Both the position numbers and the translations under genes were made by a program. A stretch of 64,000 nt of DNA, from positions 4,513 through 68,512 of the forward strand of contig JAJECA010000010.1 of NCBI GenBank assembly GCA_022822265.1, given 5' to 3'. Under the pieces are notes generated by a model. The model did not search any database and was not told where the DNA came from. It saw only the letters and a program-made list of their open reading frames with translations. This document shows positions 26,330 to 35,749 of this stretch, one piece after another. This stretch comes from Acidimicrobiia bacterium (GTDB taxonomy: Bacteria > Actinomycetota > Acidimicrobiia > Acidimicrobiales > Bin134). The number at the start of each line of letters is the position of its first letter. Position 1 is the first letter of the stretch.

Positions 26330-27055
26330 TCAAGAGTGTCTTTCTCTGCTGTGGTGTTCCCAAATGGAGTTGAAATGTTCCAGGTATCGCAACCAGACAG
26401 ACGATTTAACGGCAAATTTGAATATTGGGAGGTTCTCCCCAACAAATTCTTGATCTCTATATATTCTTGGACAATGAGGCTCGAAATACACTGCTGATTC
26501 TGTCATTACCATCCATCTCAATATTGGATAGAATGTGCAGAGCTTTACTTCCGTGTGTCTTCTACGGCTCGCGAGGGCTGATGCAGTTTCCACACCGTGA
26601 GCTAGGTCAAGGTATTTTCTAGTAACATTATATTGCTGTTCCTCATGGATTTGCGAATTTATCTTTAGTTCGGTTTGCCGGGACTGTGGGTCTTGTAACA
26701 GGATCTGCAAAGTTGCGCTTGTAGGGGCAACTGAAAGTACTTCAGCGCCCCAACCATCTCCTGTAAGAAAATCCAAAAGAGTTACTCCATATAGGCGGAT
26801 ATGTTGGGCTTCTTTTATGTGGCTCGCCAATTCCAAATGGAAATTGTCCGAGTATCTTGAACTGTAGGTAGCCTGCAAGCCAAGAGAATCCGTGTCCACA
26901 GAATTCGTCCTTAACCTCCTTTCAGCTATGTTCTGCAGAGAAAGGCCCGCTGACGATGCGGTGGCCTTGAGTTCAGCGTGCAGCTCAATCGGAACTCGTA
27001 CATGGATCAGCTGAGTCGGCCCGGGCATTCGGGGAGTGTAGCAGAGTTGTAGCAT
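26330..27055 (-). CDS. putative regulator: N-terminal ribbon-helix-helix plus C-terminal domain of unknown function (tentatively DUF5919-like)
   Basis: IHVRVPIELHAELKATASSAGLSLQNIAERRL is an RHH-like beta-alpha-alpha segment. The assignment of the C-terminal ~170 aa is from memory only. Alternative start at 27028 (MPGPTQ...). It is the first gene of the minus-strand unit. Confidence 0.55.
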   Translation of the reverse strand: MLQLCYTPRMPGPTQLIHVRVPIELHAELKATASSAGLSLQNIAERRLRTNSVDTDSLGLQATYSSRYSDNFHLELASHIKEAQHIRLYGVTLLDFLTGDGWGAEVLSVAPTSATLQILLQDPQSRQTELKINSQIHEEQQYNVTRKYLDLAHGVETASALASRRRHTEVKLCTFYPILRWMVMTESAVYFEPHCPRIYRDQEFVGENLPIFKFAVKSSVWLRYLEHFNSIWEHHSRERHS

Positions 27056-27072
27056 AATGCTAGTTCTGCTAC
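27038..27072. promoter_or_regulatory. nested inverted repeats at the regulator start (candidate operator)
   Basis: GTAGCAGA-N19-TCTGCTAC with an inner TAGCAT-A-ATGCTA. A further CCTGCT-N6-AGCAGG lies at 27078-27095. These sit at or just upstream of the two possible start codons of the RHH gene. Confidence 0.3.
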
Positions 27073-27753
27073 ATTGTCCTGCTTGATCTAGCAGGGATCA
27101 CCAGATGTCCCGGTCTCCGATGCGCCTGCTGATATTTGAGACCCTACCGTTGCTGGTCATGCTGCCCATTGATATTGGCAGCAGAGGTCGCGGTCGGGTG
27201 TTGGTTGCATGACTGTGGGATGAGGAGGCAGCCTGGCACCCTGGTCAATGCGACGATTCGCCGGTTGGGGTAGATGATGCCCAGACCTAGCGACTCATCG
27301 CGGGGTGCTACGGAGGCGGCTGCGGAGTGGCTCGTCCTTGGCAAAAGCAAATTTGGTGGCCCAGTCTCGAGTCTTCGGATGTCGGCGGGCCGCTTGGGAC
27401 GGTGTGCAACAAGAGCGCGATCGGTTTGTGTGACCCAGGCGCCGTGTAAGGCAGTGACGCTCTAGGTGGTTGCGCAGCTTGATCTAACCGAACGCCTTGA
27501 TGGCCGGTCTTGGGGCCATCACCAAGTTTTGGCTCTGGGTTGACAAGACTGCGGCTCTAGAAGTTTCCAGCACCTGGTGATCAAAGAGGTCGAATGCTCA
27601 AGAGATCGACTTGACACTAAGACGTCTGCGGGACACCGCCTGCCGAGCATGGGACCAGAACCAGCTATGCAACAAGGTCAGAAGCGACGGAGGGGGGGAG
27701 AGCAGAGGGCGATCTGGAAACTGAGGATAAGGAGGAAATTGCATGTAAACTTG

Positions 27754-27827
27754 TGGACCGTACTGGACTTGAACCAGTGACCTCTCGCGTGTGAGGCGAG
27801 CGCTCTGGCCATCTGAGCTAACGGTCC
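27754..27827 (-). tRNA. tRNA-Val (anticodon CAC)
   Basis: The reverse complement GGACCGTTAGCTCAGATGGCCAGAGCGCTCGCCTCACACGCGAGAGGTCACTGGTTCAAGTCCAGTACGGTCCA folds as a 74-nt cloverleaf. The anticodon stem is CTCGC/GCGAG with loop CT-CAC-AC, and the T-loop is GGTTCAAGTCC. Confidence 0.9.
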
Positions 27828-27890
27828 GGGGGTCGTTCAGGATAGCTCAGGCCACGTTGGCGGGGCGAAGAGATAGGGCTCCGCTGGCCT

Positions 27891-29279
27891 TCAAGCTGCC
27901 GAGGGCCACATCGTCGGCGCGAACACCTCTTCGCAGTAGGCCATGGCCTGGAGCACCCGCACATCGCTGAGCTGCGGACCCACTAGTTGGAGCCCCACCG
28001 GCATGCCGTCGGCGGCGAAACCGGCCCTCACGCTGCCCGCGGGCAGCCGGGTCAGGTTGTACGGGTAGGTGTGGCGGATCCAGTTGTCGACCAGCTCGCC
28101 GTTTACCAGCCCCTGGCCCCCGCACTCGGGAAAATGGCCGGCCACGGTGGGGGTGAGCAGCAAATCGGCTTCGGCCAGCACACCGTTGAGCGTCTCGGAC
28201 ATCTCGTAGAAGATGTCGAGCGCCCGGTTGAAATCAGCCACTTGGGGACTGGTGGACAGCCCGAAGTAGTAGCGCAACCCGGGGGTGATCTGCTCCATCT
28301 GCTCGTCGGTCAGCTCGCCCAGCTCGCCCGATACCGCGTTGGCCGACAACAGCACGTACTCCCAGATCGGGTCGTTGAACAGGCCCTCTTCCCGCACCTC
28401 CACGGCCACGCCGTCTGCCTCCAACTGGGCCACCGCGGCCTTGCACACCGCCACCACCTCGGCATCGGAAGGCTTGCCGTCGGGTGCCGGGCACCACACC
28501 GCCCGCTTGGGCTGCCAGCCCTCGTCCAGCGCCTGGCGCCATGAACGATCGGGACGGGGCAGGGAGTCGAGGTCGCGGGGCGACGGCCCCATCACCAGAT
28601 CTTGGACGAAGGCGATGTCGGCCACCCGCAGCGCCATCGGCCCGTGGACCGAGAGGGGCCACAGCCGGTAGGTCCCCTCCACCGGCACCCGGCCCAGACT
28701 GGCCTTGAAGCCGCTGAATCCGCAGGCCGCGGCGGGAATGCGGATGGAGCCTCCTCCGTCGGAGCCGGTACATAACGGCACCAAACCGGCCATGAGCGCG
28801 GCCGCAGTGCCACCCGACGATCCGCCCGGTGAGCGCTTTGGGTTCCACGGGTTGCCGGTGGCCCCGAACACGGGGTTGTAGGTGTCGCCGGTCCAGCCGA
28901 ACTCCGGGGTGTTGGTCTTGCCCATCACCACGCAGCCCGCGGCCCGCAGCCGCTCCACCAGAACGCTGTCGGCCTCCGCCGGCGGGTCGCCTGCGTGCAA
29001 AAACGAGCCCTGCGAGGTCACATACCCGGCGGCGTCTTCCAAGTCTTTGACCCCGAACGGAATGCCGGCCAGCGGCCCGACCTCGGCGCCGGAGGCGAGT
29101 CGGGCGTCGATCACGTCGGCCTCGGCCAACGACCGCTCGGGGTTCATGGCCACGAAGGCGTTCAGCTCCTGCTGGGCGTCGATGGCCGCCAGCGAGCCCT
29201 CAACCATCTCCCGAGCCGACACCTCCCGATTGCGCACCGCTGCGGCCCATTCCTGCACCGACCGCTCACGAAAGTCCAT
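27891..29279 (-). CDS. amidase (amidase-signature family)
   Basis: GGSSGGTAAALMAG...GSDGGGSIRIPAAACG is the AS signature with the Ser-cisSer-Lys region. I use the ATG at 29279; the track ORF starts at 29324. Confidence 0.9.
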   Translation of the reverse strand: MDFRERSVQEWAAAVRNREVSAREMVEGSLAAIDAQQELNAFVAMNPERSLAEADVIDARLASGAEVGPLAGIPFGVKDLEDAAGYVTSQGSFLHAGDPPAEADSVLVERLRAAGCVVMGKTNTPEFGWTGDTYNPVFGATGNPWNPKRSPGGSSGGTAAALMAGLVPLCTGSDGGGSIRIPAAACGFSGFKASLGRVPVEGTYRLWPLSVHGPMALRVADIAFVQDLVMGPSPRDLDSLPRPDRSWRQALDEGWQPKRAVWCPAPDGKPSDAEVVAVCKAAVAQLEADGVAVEVREEGLFNDPIWEYVLLSANAVSGELGELTDEQMEQITPGLRYYFGLSTSPQVADFNRALDIFYEMSETLNGVLAEADLLLTPTVAGHFPECGGQGLVNGELVDNWIRHTYPYNLTRLPAGSVRAGFAADGMPVGLQLVGPQLSDVRVLQAMAYCEEVFAPTMWPSAA

Positions 29280-29348
29280 CTCCGCCTCCTCCGTCGACCA
29301 AACCCCGACAGTACATCCAGCCAATGCCGCTGTGAGCCGCGGCCAGCC

Positions 29349-30647
29349 TCAGCCTTCGACCAGCGCAGCGGCCACTGCTTCTAGGCCAGCGGCGCGGCTG
29401 GCCTTGACCAGGACGGCGGTGTCGCCTTCGAGTGGACCAAGAGCTGCTACCGCGGCGGCGGCATCATCCACCGGGGCCAGTCCGTAGTCGGCAGTGGCTA
29501 CGGGGATGACCTCGATGCCCAACTCTTGGGCCAAGGCGCCGATGGCGGCGTGTTCGGCTGCGGTCCGGTCTCCCAATTCGGCCATGACCCCCAGCACCGC
29601 CACTCGGCGGGGTCGGTCCACGGCGGCCAGTGAGCGCAGCGCGGCGTCCATCGACATGGGATTGGCGTTGTAGGAGTCGTTGATGAGCACCGCCCCCGAG
29701 GCCAGCTCGGCCACCTCCATGCGCCACGGCGACAGTTGAGCCGAGCCCAATCCGGCGGCGATGTCTTCCAAACCCACTCCTACGGCCAATGCAGCCGCGG
29801 CGGCCGCCAGCGCGTTGTCCACCATGTGCTCGCCGCACACCGACAAGGCCACATCGGCCTGCCCATCGGGTGTCTCTAGCCGGAATCGGGGACGCAGCCT
29901 GCCGTCCAGGCTCACCCTCGAGGCATGAACTTCCCCCATGACGCGGCCAAAGGTCAGCACCGCAGCCTCGGTCCGCTCGGCCATGGCCGCCACCAAGGGC
30001 TGATCGGCGTTGAGCACGGCAACGCCCGAGCTGTCCAGCGACTCCACCAACTCGCCTTTGGCCTCGGCCACGGCCTCCACGGTCCCAAACAACTCGGTGT
30101 GGGCCGCCCCGACAGACGTCACCACTCCGACGGTGGGCCGGGCCAGCGAGCAGAGCCAGGCGATATGGCCCATGCCCCGAGCCCCCATCTCAACCACCAC
30201 CGCCTCGGCGCCCCCCGGCCGATTCACCAGGGTGAGGGGCACGCCCAGTTCGTTGTTGAACGACATTGGGCTGGCGTGGGTCGGTCGGTCCGCCCCGATG
30301 GCCGCTGAGGCCATGTCCTTTACCGAGGTCTTCCCCACCGAACCCGTGATGCCCACCACCGGGCCGTTGAACCGGCTGCGGGCGTGGCGGCCCAACTGGG
30401 CCAGGGCGGCGGCGGTGTCGTCCACTACCACTGCGGTGGCTCCTTGGGGGGCCTCAGCGGTCAGATAGGCCGCTGCCCCCGCGGCCAAGGCGTCGTCGAT
30501 GAAGTCGTGGCCGTCTCGCTCGGCCACCACCGGCACGAACAATTCGCCTGAAGCCACCGTCCTTGAGTCGATGGAGAATCCCGACAGTTCGACATCGGGA
30601 CCCACCAGCCGGCCCCCCACCGCCTGGGCCACCTCCGATGCCGACAT
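29349..30647 (-). CDS. murF: UDP-N-acetylmuramoyl-tripeptide--D-alanyl-D-alanine ligase
   Basis: MSASEVAQAVGGRLVGPDVELSGFSIDSRTVASGELFVP..., GITGSVGKTS P-loop, DSYNANP. I use the ATG at 30647. The longer track ORF (to 31160) is antisense to ddl. Confidence 0.85.
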   Translation of the reverse strand: MSASEVAQAVGGRLVGPDVELSGFSIDSRTVASGELFVPVVAERDGHDFIDDALAAGAAAYLTAEAPQGATAVVVDDTAAALAQLGRHARSRFNGPVVGITGSVGKTSVKDMASAAIGADRPTHASPMSFNNELGVPLTLVNRPGGAEAVVVEMGARGMGHIAWLCSLARPTVGVVTSVGAAHTELFGTVEAVAEAKGELVESLDSSGVAVLNADQPLVAAMAERTEAAVLTFGRVMGEVHASRVSLDGRLRPRFRLETPDGQADVALSVCGEHMVDNALAAAAAALAVGVGLEDIAAGLGSAQLSPWRMEVAELASGAVLINDSYNANPMSMDAALRSLAAVDRPRRVAVLGVMAELGDRTAAEHAAIGALAQELGIEVIPVATADYGLAPVDDAAAAVAALGPLEGDTAVLVKASRAAGLEAVAAALVEG

Positions 30648-30683
30648 TCGCACACGCTTAGCCTCCCACTGTCGGGGCAATCG

Positions 30684-31742
30684 GTGGGGTACCGTCGGCC
30701 TGTGGGAACCCGCACCCGCTTGGTGCTGCTTTTTGGCGGCCGGTCGGCCGAGCACGACGTGTCGTGCGTGTCGGCCCGCCATGTGGTTGCCGCGGCCGAC
30801 AAAGAACGCTTCGAAGTGGTGGCTCTGGGCATTACCCGGGACGGGCAATGGCGGCTGGCTGAGCTTTCCGAGCCCCTTCCCGACCAATTGGATGCCGACG
30901 GACTCGCCGTGGCCCCAGCCGAGATCTTCGCCGAGCCCGACACGGTGGTGTTCCCCCTGGTGCACGGCCCCATGGGCGAGGACGGCACCATTCAAGGACT
31001 GCTGGAAGTGGCCGACGTCCCGTACGTGGGATCGGGGGTGCTGGCTTCTGCGGTGTGCATGGACAAGGCCATGGCCAAGCTGGTGTGCGCCCGGCACGGG
31101 CTTGCCCAATGCCACTTCCGGACGGCATCGTCCGACGACCGCCCCGAAGCGGTGGCCCAACAGGCCATCGCCGAGTTGGGGCTGCCGCTCTTTGTCAAGC
31201 CGGCCAACATGGGCTCATCGGTGGGGGTGAGCCGGGCTAACACCGAATTCGAGACGGTCAAAGCGCTGGAGGCCGCCGCCCAATACGACCAGACGCTGAT
31301 CATCGAGGAGGCCGTCGCCGGCCAGGAGATCGAAGTGTCGGTTCTGGGAAACCGCGATCCCGAGGCATCGGTCCCCGGCGAGATCGTGCCCGGCGCCGAG
31401 TTCTACGACTACGCCGACAAGTACCTAACCGACGGCGCCAAGCTGCTGGTTCCCGCCCAGATTTCGGAAACTGCTGCCCAAGAGGCCCAGCGCCTGGCGA
31501 TCGCCGCCTACCGCGCCCTGCGGTGCGAGGGCATGGCCCGGGTGGACTTCCTCTACGAATCCGACGGCCGGGGAATGCTGCTCAGCGAGATCAACACTAT
31601 TCCCGGCTTCACTCCCATAAGCATGTATCCCAAGCTCTGGGAGGCCAGCGGCCTGCCCTACCCCCAGCTCATCGAAACCCTGGTCGACCTAGCCGTAGAA
31701 CGCTACGAGCGCCGCCGCCAACACCGCCGCACCGACCGCTGA
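30684..31742 (+). CDS. ddl: D-alanine--D-alanine ligase
   Basis: LVLLFGGRSAEHDVSCVSA..., LFVKPANMGSSVGVS, EINTIPGFT. GTG at 30684 or 30702. Confidence 0.9.
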   Translation: MGYRRPVGTRTRLVLLFGGRSAEHDVSCVSARHVVAAADKERFEVVALGITRDGQWRLAELSEPLPDQLDADGLAVAPAEIFAEPDTVVFPLVHGPMGEDGTIQGLLEVADVPYVGSGVLASAVCMDKAMAKLVCARHGLAQCHFRTASSDDRPEAVAQQAIAELGLPLFVKPANMGSSVGVSRANTEFETVKALEAAAQYDQTLIIEEAVAGQEIEVSVLGNRDPEASVPGEIVPGAEFYDYADKYLTDGAKLLVPAQISETAAQEAQRLAIAAYRALRCEGMARVDFLYESDGRGMLLSEINTIPGFTPISMYPKLWEASGLPYPQLIETLVDLAVERYERRRQHRRTDR

Positions 31743-31826
31743 GCCGAAGGTCCAACACCGCGGCAATCGACCACTGAGATAGCGAGTGGGCTGGGGAAAA
31801 GTGGCTGGGTTTGGTAAAACACTGCG

Positions 31827-34139
31827 GTGATCTCTGATGCGCTGGCCGGCAAGCGGCTGGCGATCACCGGCACGACCGGTTTCCTGGGCACCGCTCTCGT
31901 GGAGCGGCTGTTGCGCTGCGTGCCCGAGGTGGAATTGGTGCTGCTGGTGCGTCCCGGCCGCCGAGGGGCAGAACAGCGCATTCGGCGGGAGATAATCCGC
32001 AACGACGTCTTCGACCGGCTGCGCGACGACATGGGCACCGACGAGTTTGAGCGGCTGTGCCAGGATCAAATCACCGGCGTGGCCGGCGACGTGGGCGTCG
32101 ACGGCCTGGGGCTGGACGACGCTGGCCGGGAGCTGATCGCCGGCTGCGACATCGTCATCCACTCGGCTGCTGCGGTGGCCTTCGACAACCCGCTGGACAC
32201 CGCGGTGGAAGTCAACCTCATGGGGCCGGTTCGGCTGGTGAACATGCTCAACGAGATGGGAGCGTCCCCCCACTTCATCGCGGTGTCCACCTGCTACGTG
32301 GCCGGCAGCCGCCGGGGGAACGCCCCCGAGGAACCCCTGGCCGACGGCCCCATGTACGTGCCGGTGTCATGGCAGGACGAGGCCGACGCCAGCCGCCGCC
32401 GGCGCATCACCACCGAGACCGAGAGCCGCGACCCCGCCCGCCTGGAGGAGTTCCGCAGCCGGGCCCGCCACGAGCTGGGCGCGGCCGGCACCCCGGCGCT
32501 GGCGGCCAAGACCGAACAGCTCCGCAGCCGCTGGGTCCACGACCAGATGGTGGAGGCGGGCCGATCGAGGGCCGCTTCGCTGGGCTTCCCCGACGCCTAC
32601 GCCTTCACCAAGGCGCTGGCCGAGACCGCGGTAGCCGAGACCAAAGGCGACTTGAAGGTCTCCACCGTGCGGCCGTCGATCATCGAGTCGGCCTATGCCG
32701 AGCCCTTCCCGGGGTGGATCCGGGGCTTCCGCATGGCCGAGCCCATCATCATCGGCTATGGCCGGGGGCTGCTCACCGACTTCCCCGGCATCCCCCAGGG
32801 GGTGCTGGATGTGATTCCGGTGGACTTGGTGGCCGCCGCCATCTGCGCGGTGGCCGCCCGGGGCCACGACCCCGACCAGCCGGTGATCCAGGTGGCATCC
32901 GGCGCGGTCAACCCGTTCCGGCTCAACCAGCTGGTGGACCTGGCCCACGGCTGGTTCAGCGAGAACCCCATCTACGACGACCGCGACCAGCCCATCCCGC
33001 CGCCCAACTGGACCTATCCCGGCCGGGGCCGGGTGGTCCGCCAGCTCAAGAGGCTAAGAACCGGGCTGAACGCCGGTGAGCGGGTGCTGGGGCGGCTGCC
33101 CATCCGGGGCCGCCAAGCCGAGATCACCGCCGATCTCGACGAGCGCCGCGATCAGGTGGAGCGGGCGCTGGGCTACGTGGAGCTCTACGGGGCCTACACC
33201 GAGTGCGAGGCACTGTTCGGGGTGAACCGGCTGCTGGAGCTGTGGGACAGCCTGGACGACGAAGACAAGGAGCTGTACTGCTTCGACCCCCGGATCATCG
33301 ACTGGCCCCACTACGTGGTCGACATCCACTTGCCCACCGTGGTGGCCCAGGGCCGGGTCAAGACCGCCCCGTCGGGACGCTCGGGTCCATCCCGCAAGGT
33401 CCGCCAGCGAACCCAGATCCTCTCCCCCGACCGGCACATGGCGGCCTTCGACTTGGAGAACACCGTCATCGCCGCCAACGTGGTCATGGCCTACGGCTGG
33501 CTGGCCACCCGGCGGCTGCCATTGGATGAGCGGGCCCGACTGGTGGCCAAGATATTGCTGGAGGCCCCGTCGCTTCTGGCCCTGGACCACCGGGACCGCA
33601 GCGACTTCCTCCGCCACTTCTACCGCCGCTACCAGGGAGCGCCGATAGAGCAGATGGCCGAGGACTCCGGCGAGATGTTCAGCGACTTGATCCTGACCCA
33701 GTCGTACCCCGCCGCCATCCGCCGGGTGCGCCAGCACCGCGCCGCGGGACACACCACCGTGCTGATCACCGGCGCGCTGGACTTCATCGTGGAGCCGCTT
33801 CGCCCGCTGTTCGACCACATCGTGTGCGCCGAGCTGGCCCATGCCAATGGCGCCTACACCGGGCAGCTGGCCGAAGTGCCGCCCACCAGCGAGTCGCGGG
33901 CCGAGGTGCTGCGGGACTTCGCCAACGCCGAGGGGCTGCTCATGTCGGAGTCGGTGGCCTATGCCGACTCGGCCAGCGACCTGGCCCTGCTGGAGGCGGT
34001 GGGCTACCCGGTGGCGGTGAACCCCGAGCCCAAGCTGGCCATGCTGGCCCGCAAGCGGGGGTGGCTCATCGAGTACTTCGACAAAGCCCCCGGCGGCCCC
34101 CGCAAGCTGCTGCCCATCGGATCCAGGAAGGCATCATGA
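31827..34139 (+). CDS. fatty acyl-CoA/ACP reductase (extended SDR, NAD_binding_4-like) fused to a HAD-IB-type hydrolase domain
   Basis: N-terminus: LAITGTTGFLGTALVERLL...VLLVRPG...IVIHSAAAV...YAFTKALAE. C-terminus: AAFDLENTVI (HAD motif I) ... VLITGALD ... YADSASDLALLEAVGYPVAVNP. Confidence 0.85.
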   Translation: MISDALAGKRLAITGTTGFLGTALVERLLRCVPEVELVLLVRPGRRGAEQRIRREIIRNDVFDRLRDDMGTDEFERLCQDQITGVAGDVGVDGLGLDDAGRELIAGCDIVIHSAAAVAFDNPLDTAVEVNLMGPVRLVNMLNEMGASPHFIAVSTCYVAGSRRGNAPEEPLADGPMYVPVSWQDEADASRRRRITTETESRDPARLEEFRSRARHELGAAGTPALAAKTEQLRSRWVHDQMVEAGRSRAASLGFPDAYAFTKALAETAVAETKGDLKVSTVRPSIIESAYAEPFPGWIRGFRMAEPIIIGYGRGLLTDFPGIPQGVLDVIPVDLVAAAICAVAARGHDPDQPVIQVASGAVNPFRLNQLVDLAHGWFSENPIYDDRDQPIPPPNWTYPGRGRVVRQLKRLRTGLNAGERVLGRLPIRGRQAEITADLDERRDQVERALGYVELYGAYTECEALFGVNRLLELWDSLDDEDKELYCFDPRIIDWPHYVVDIHLPTVVAQGRVKTAPSGRSGPSRKVRQRTQILSPDRHMAAFDLENTVIAANVVMAYGWLATRRLPLDERARLVAKILLEAPSLLALDHRDRSDFLRHFYRRYQGAPIEQMAEDSGEMFSDLILTQSYPAAIRRVRQHRAAGHTTVLITGALDFIVEPLRPLFDHIVCAELAHANGAYTGQLAEVPPTSESRAEVLRDFANAEGLLMSESVAYADSASDLALLEAVGYPVAVNPEPKLAMLARKRGWLIEYFDKAPGGPRKLLPIGSRKAS

Positions 34140-35749
34140 AGGACCGGGTTCGGCCCACCCCCCGTCCGGGCATGGTCTTGGAGGTAGATCGCTCCACCCC
34201 GCCCATCCTGTTCCACCACGGCGAGGGCTTCCGCACCGAGAAGCTGCCGGCAGGGCGCAGCCGGGTGATCTACCCGGCCGAGCCGCTGCTGGGCCTGGCC
34301 GATCCCGAGGGCGCAATCCGCCGTGCGCTGCTCAACCCCATAGACCAAGATCCGCTGCCCGCCCAGCTCCGCCCGGGCATGAAGCTCACCATCGCCTTCG
34401 ACGACATCTCGCTGCCGCTGCCCCCCATGCGCCGCCCCGACATCCGCCAGATGGTGATCGAGCAGGTGCTGGAGATGGCTGCCGCGGCCGGGGTGGACGA
34501 CGTTCACATCATCGCCGCGCTGGCCCTGCACCGGCGCATGACCGAGGACGAGCTGCGCTACTGCCTGGGCGACCGCACCTACGACGCATTCGCCCCCTCG
34601 GGCTGCCTCTACAACCACGACGCCGAGGACCCCGACGGCATGGTGGTGCTGGGCACCACCCCCCACGGCGAGGAGGTGCAGTTCTCCAAGCGCGCCGCGG
34701 AGAGCGATCTGGTGGTGTACGTGAACATCAACCTGGTGGCGATGGACGGCGGCCACAAGAGCACCGCCACCGGCCTGGCCGGCTACCAGGGGCTGCGCCA
34801 CCACCACAACGTCAAGACGATGCAGGAGTCCCGCTCGTTCATGGACCAGCACCGCTCCGAGCTGCACGCCTCCAACTGGCGCATGGGCAAAGTGCTGCGC
34901 GACGCCGGGGTGAAGATCTTCCAGATCGAGACCACGGTCAACAACAACACCTTCGGGGTGGACGGGCCGCTGGCCATGCTCCAGAAGCGGGAGTGGGAGT
35001 GGACGGCCAAAGACCGGGCCGCCTTCGTGGCCATGACCACCGGGCTGAAGTACGCGCCGCCCCAGATGGCCCGCCAGATCTTCCAGTCGTGGCGGGCGCC
35101 CTACGAGCTGACCTCGGTGCAGACCGGCGAGGTGGAGGCCGTCCACAAGGTGACCACCGAGAACGTGTACGCCCAACACCTGGTGCCTGTGGAAGGCCAG
35201 ACCGACATCTTGACCATGGGCCTGCCCTACATCTGCCCCTACAACGTGAACTCAGTGATGAACCCGATCCTGGTCATGTGCCTGGGGCTGGGCTACTTCT
35301 TCAACCTCTATCGGGGCCGCCCGCTGGTGCGAGAGGGCGGCGTGGTGATCATGGGCCACCCCACCCGCTGGGAGTTCCACCCCGTACACCACCCCAGCTA
35401 CATCGACTTCTTCGAACAGGTGCTGGCCGACACCACCGATCCCGTGGAGATCGAGGCGAAGTACGAGCGCCAGTTCGCCACCGACGAGTGGTACATCCAC
35501 CTGTACCGCACGTCGTACGCCTACCACGGCGTCCACCCCTTTTACATGTGGTACTGGGGGGCGCACGCCCTTCAGCACCTAGGCGAGGTGATCATCGTGG
35601 GCGGCGACACCCGGGCGGTTCAGCGCATGGGCTTCCGCCCCGCCTCCACCCTCCAAGACGCCCTGGAGATTGCCAGCGACACCGTGGGCCGCCAGCCCAC
35701 CGTCACCCACCTTCACAACCCCCCCATCCTGATGGCCGATGTCAGCTAG
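34136..35749 (+). CDS. LarA-like (lactate racemase / DUF2088 domain) protein
   Basis: 537 aa from the ATG at 34136, which overlaps the upstream TGA (ATGA). The architecture is LarA-like, with VNINLVAMDGGHKSTATGLAGYQGLRHHHN resembling the GGGK...PG cofactor-lysine region. Confidence 0.75.
   Translation: MKDRVRPTPRPGMVLEVDRSTPPILFHHGEGFRTEKLPAGRSRVIYPAEPLLGLADPEGAIRRALLNPIDQDPLPAQLRPGMKLTIAFDDISLPLPPMRRPDIRQMVIEQVLEMAAAAGVDDVHIIAALALHRRMTEDELRYCLGDRTYDAFAPSGCLYNHDAEDPDGMVVLGTTPHGEEVQFSKRAAESDLVVYVNINLVAMDGGHKSTATGLAGYQGLRHHHNVKTMQESRSFMDQHRSELHASNWRMGKVLRDAGVKIFQIETTVNNNTFGVDGPLAMLQKREWEWTAKDRAAFVAMTTGLKYAPPQMARQIFQSWRAPYELTSVQTGEVEAVHKVTTENVYAQHLVPVEGQTDILTMGLPYICPYNVNSVMNPILVMCLGLGYFFNLYRGRPLVREGGVVIMGHPTRWEFHPVHHPSYIDFFEQVLADTTDPVEIEAKYERQFATDEWYIHLYRTSYAYHGVHPFYMWYWGAHALQHLGEVIIVGGDTRAVQRMGFRPASTLQDALEIASDTVGRQPTVTHLHNPPILMADVS

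Noticed and set aside
27577-27780. 67-aa plus-strand ORF next to the island
   Set aside because: It overlaps the tRNA-Val gene and is highly basic and low-complexity.
34004-35179. 391-aa minus-strand ORF, plus similar ORFs at 14805..15746, 41588..42640, 35742..36872 and 53287..54252
   Set aside because: All lie antisense to well-supported genes and have Arg/Gly/Pro/His-rich, motif-free products.
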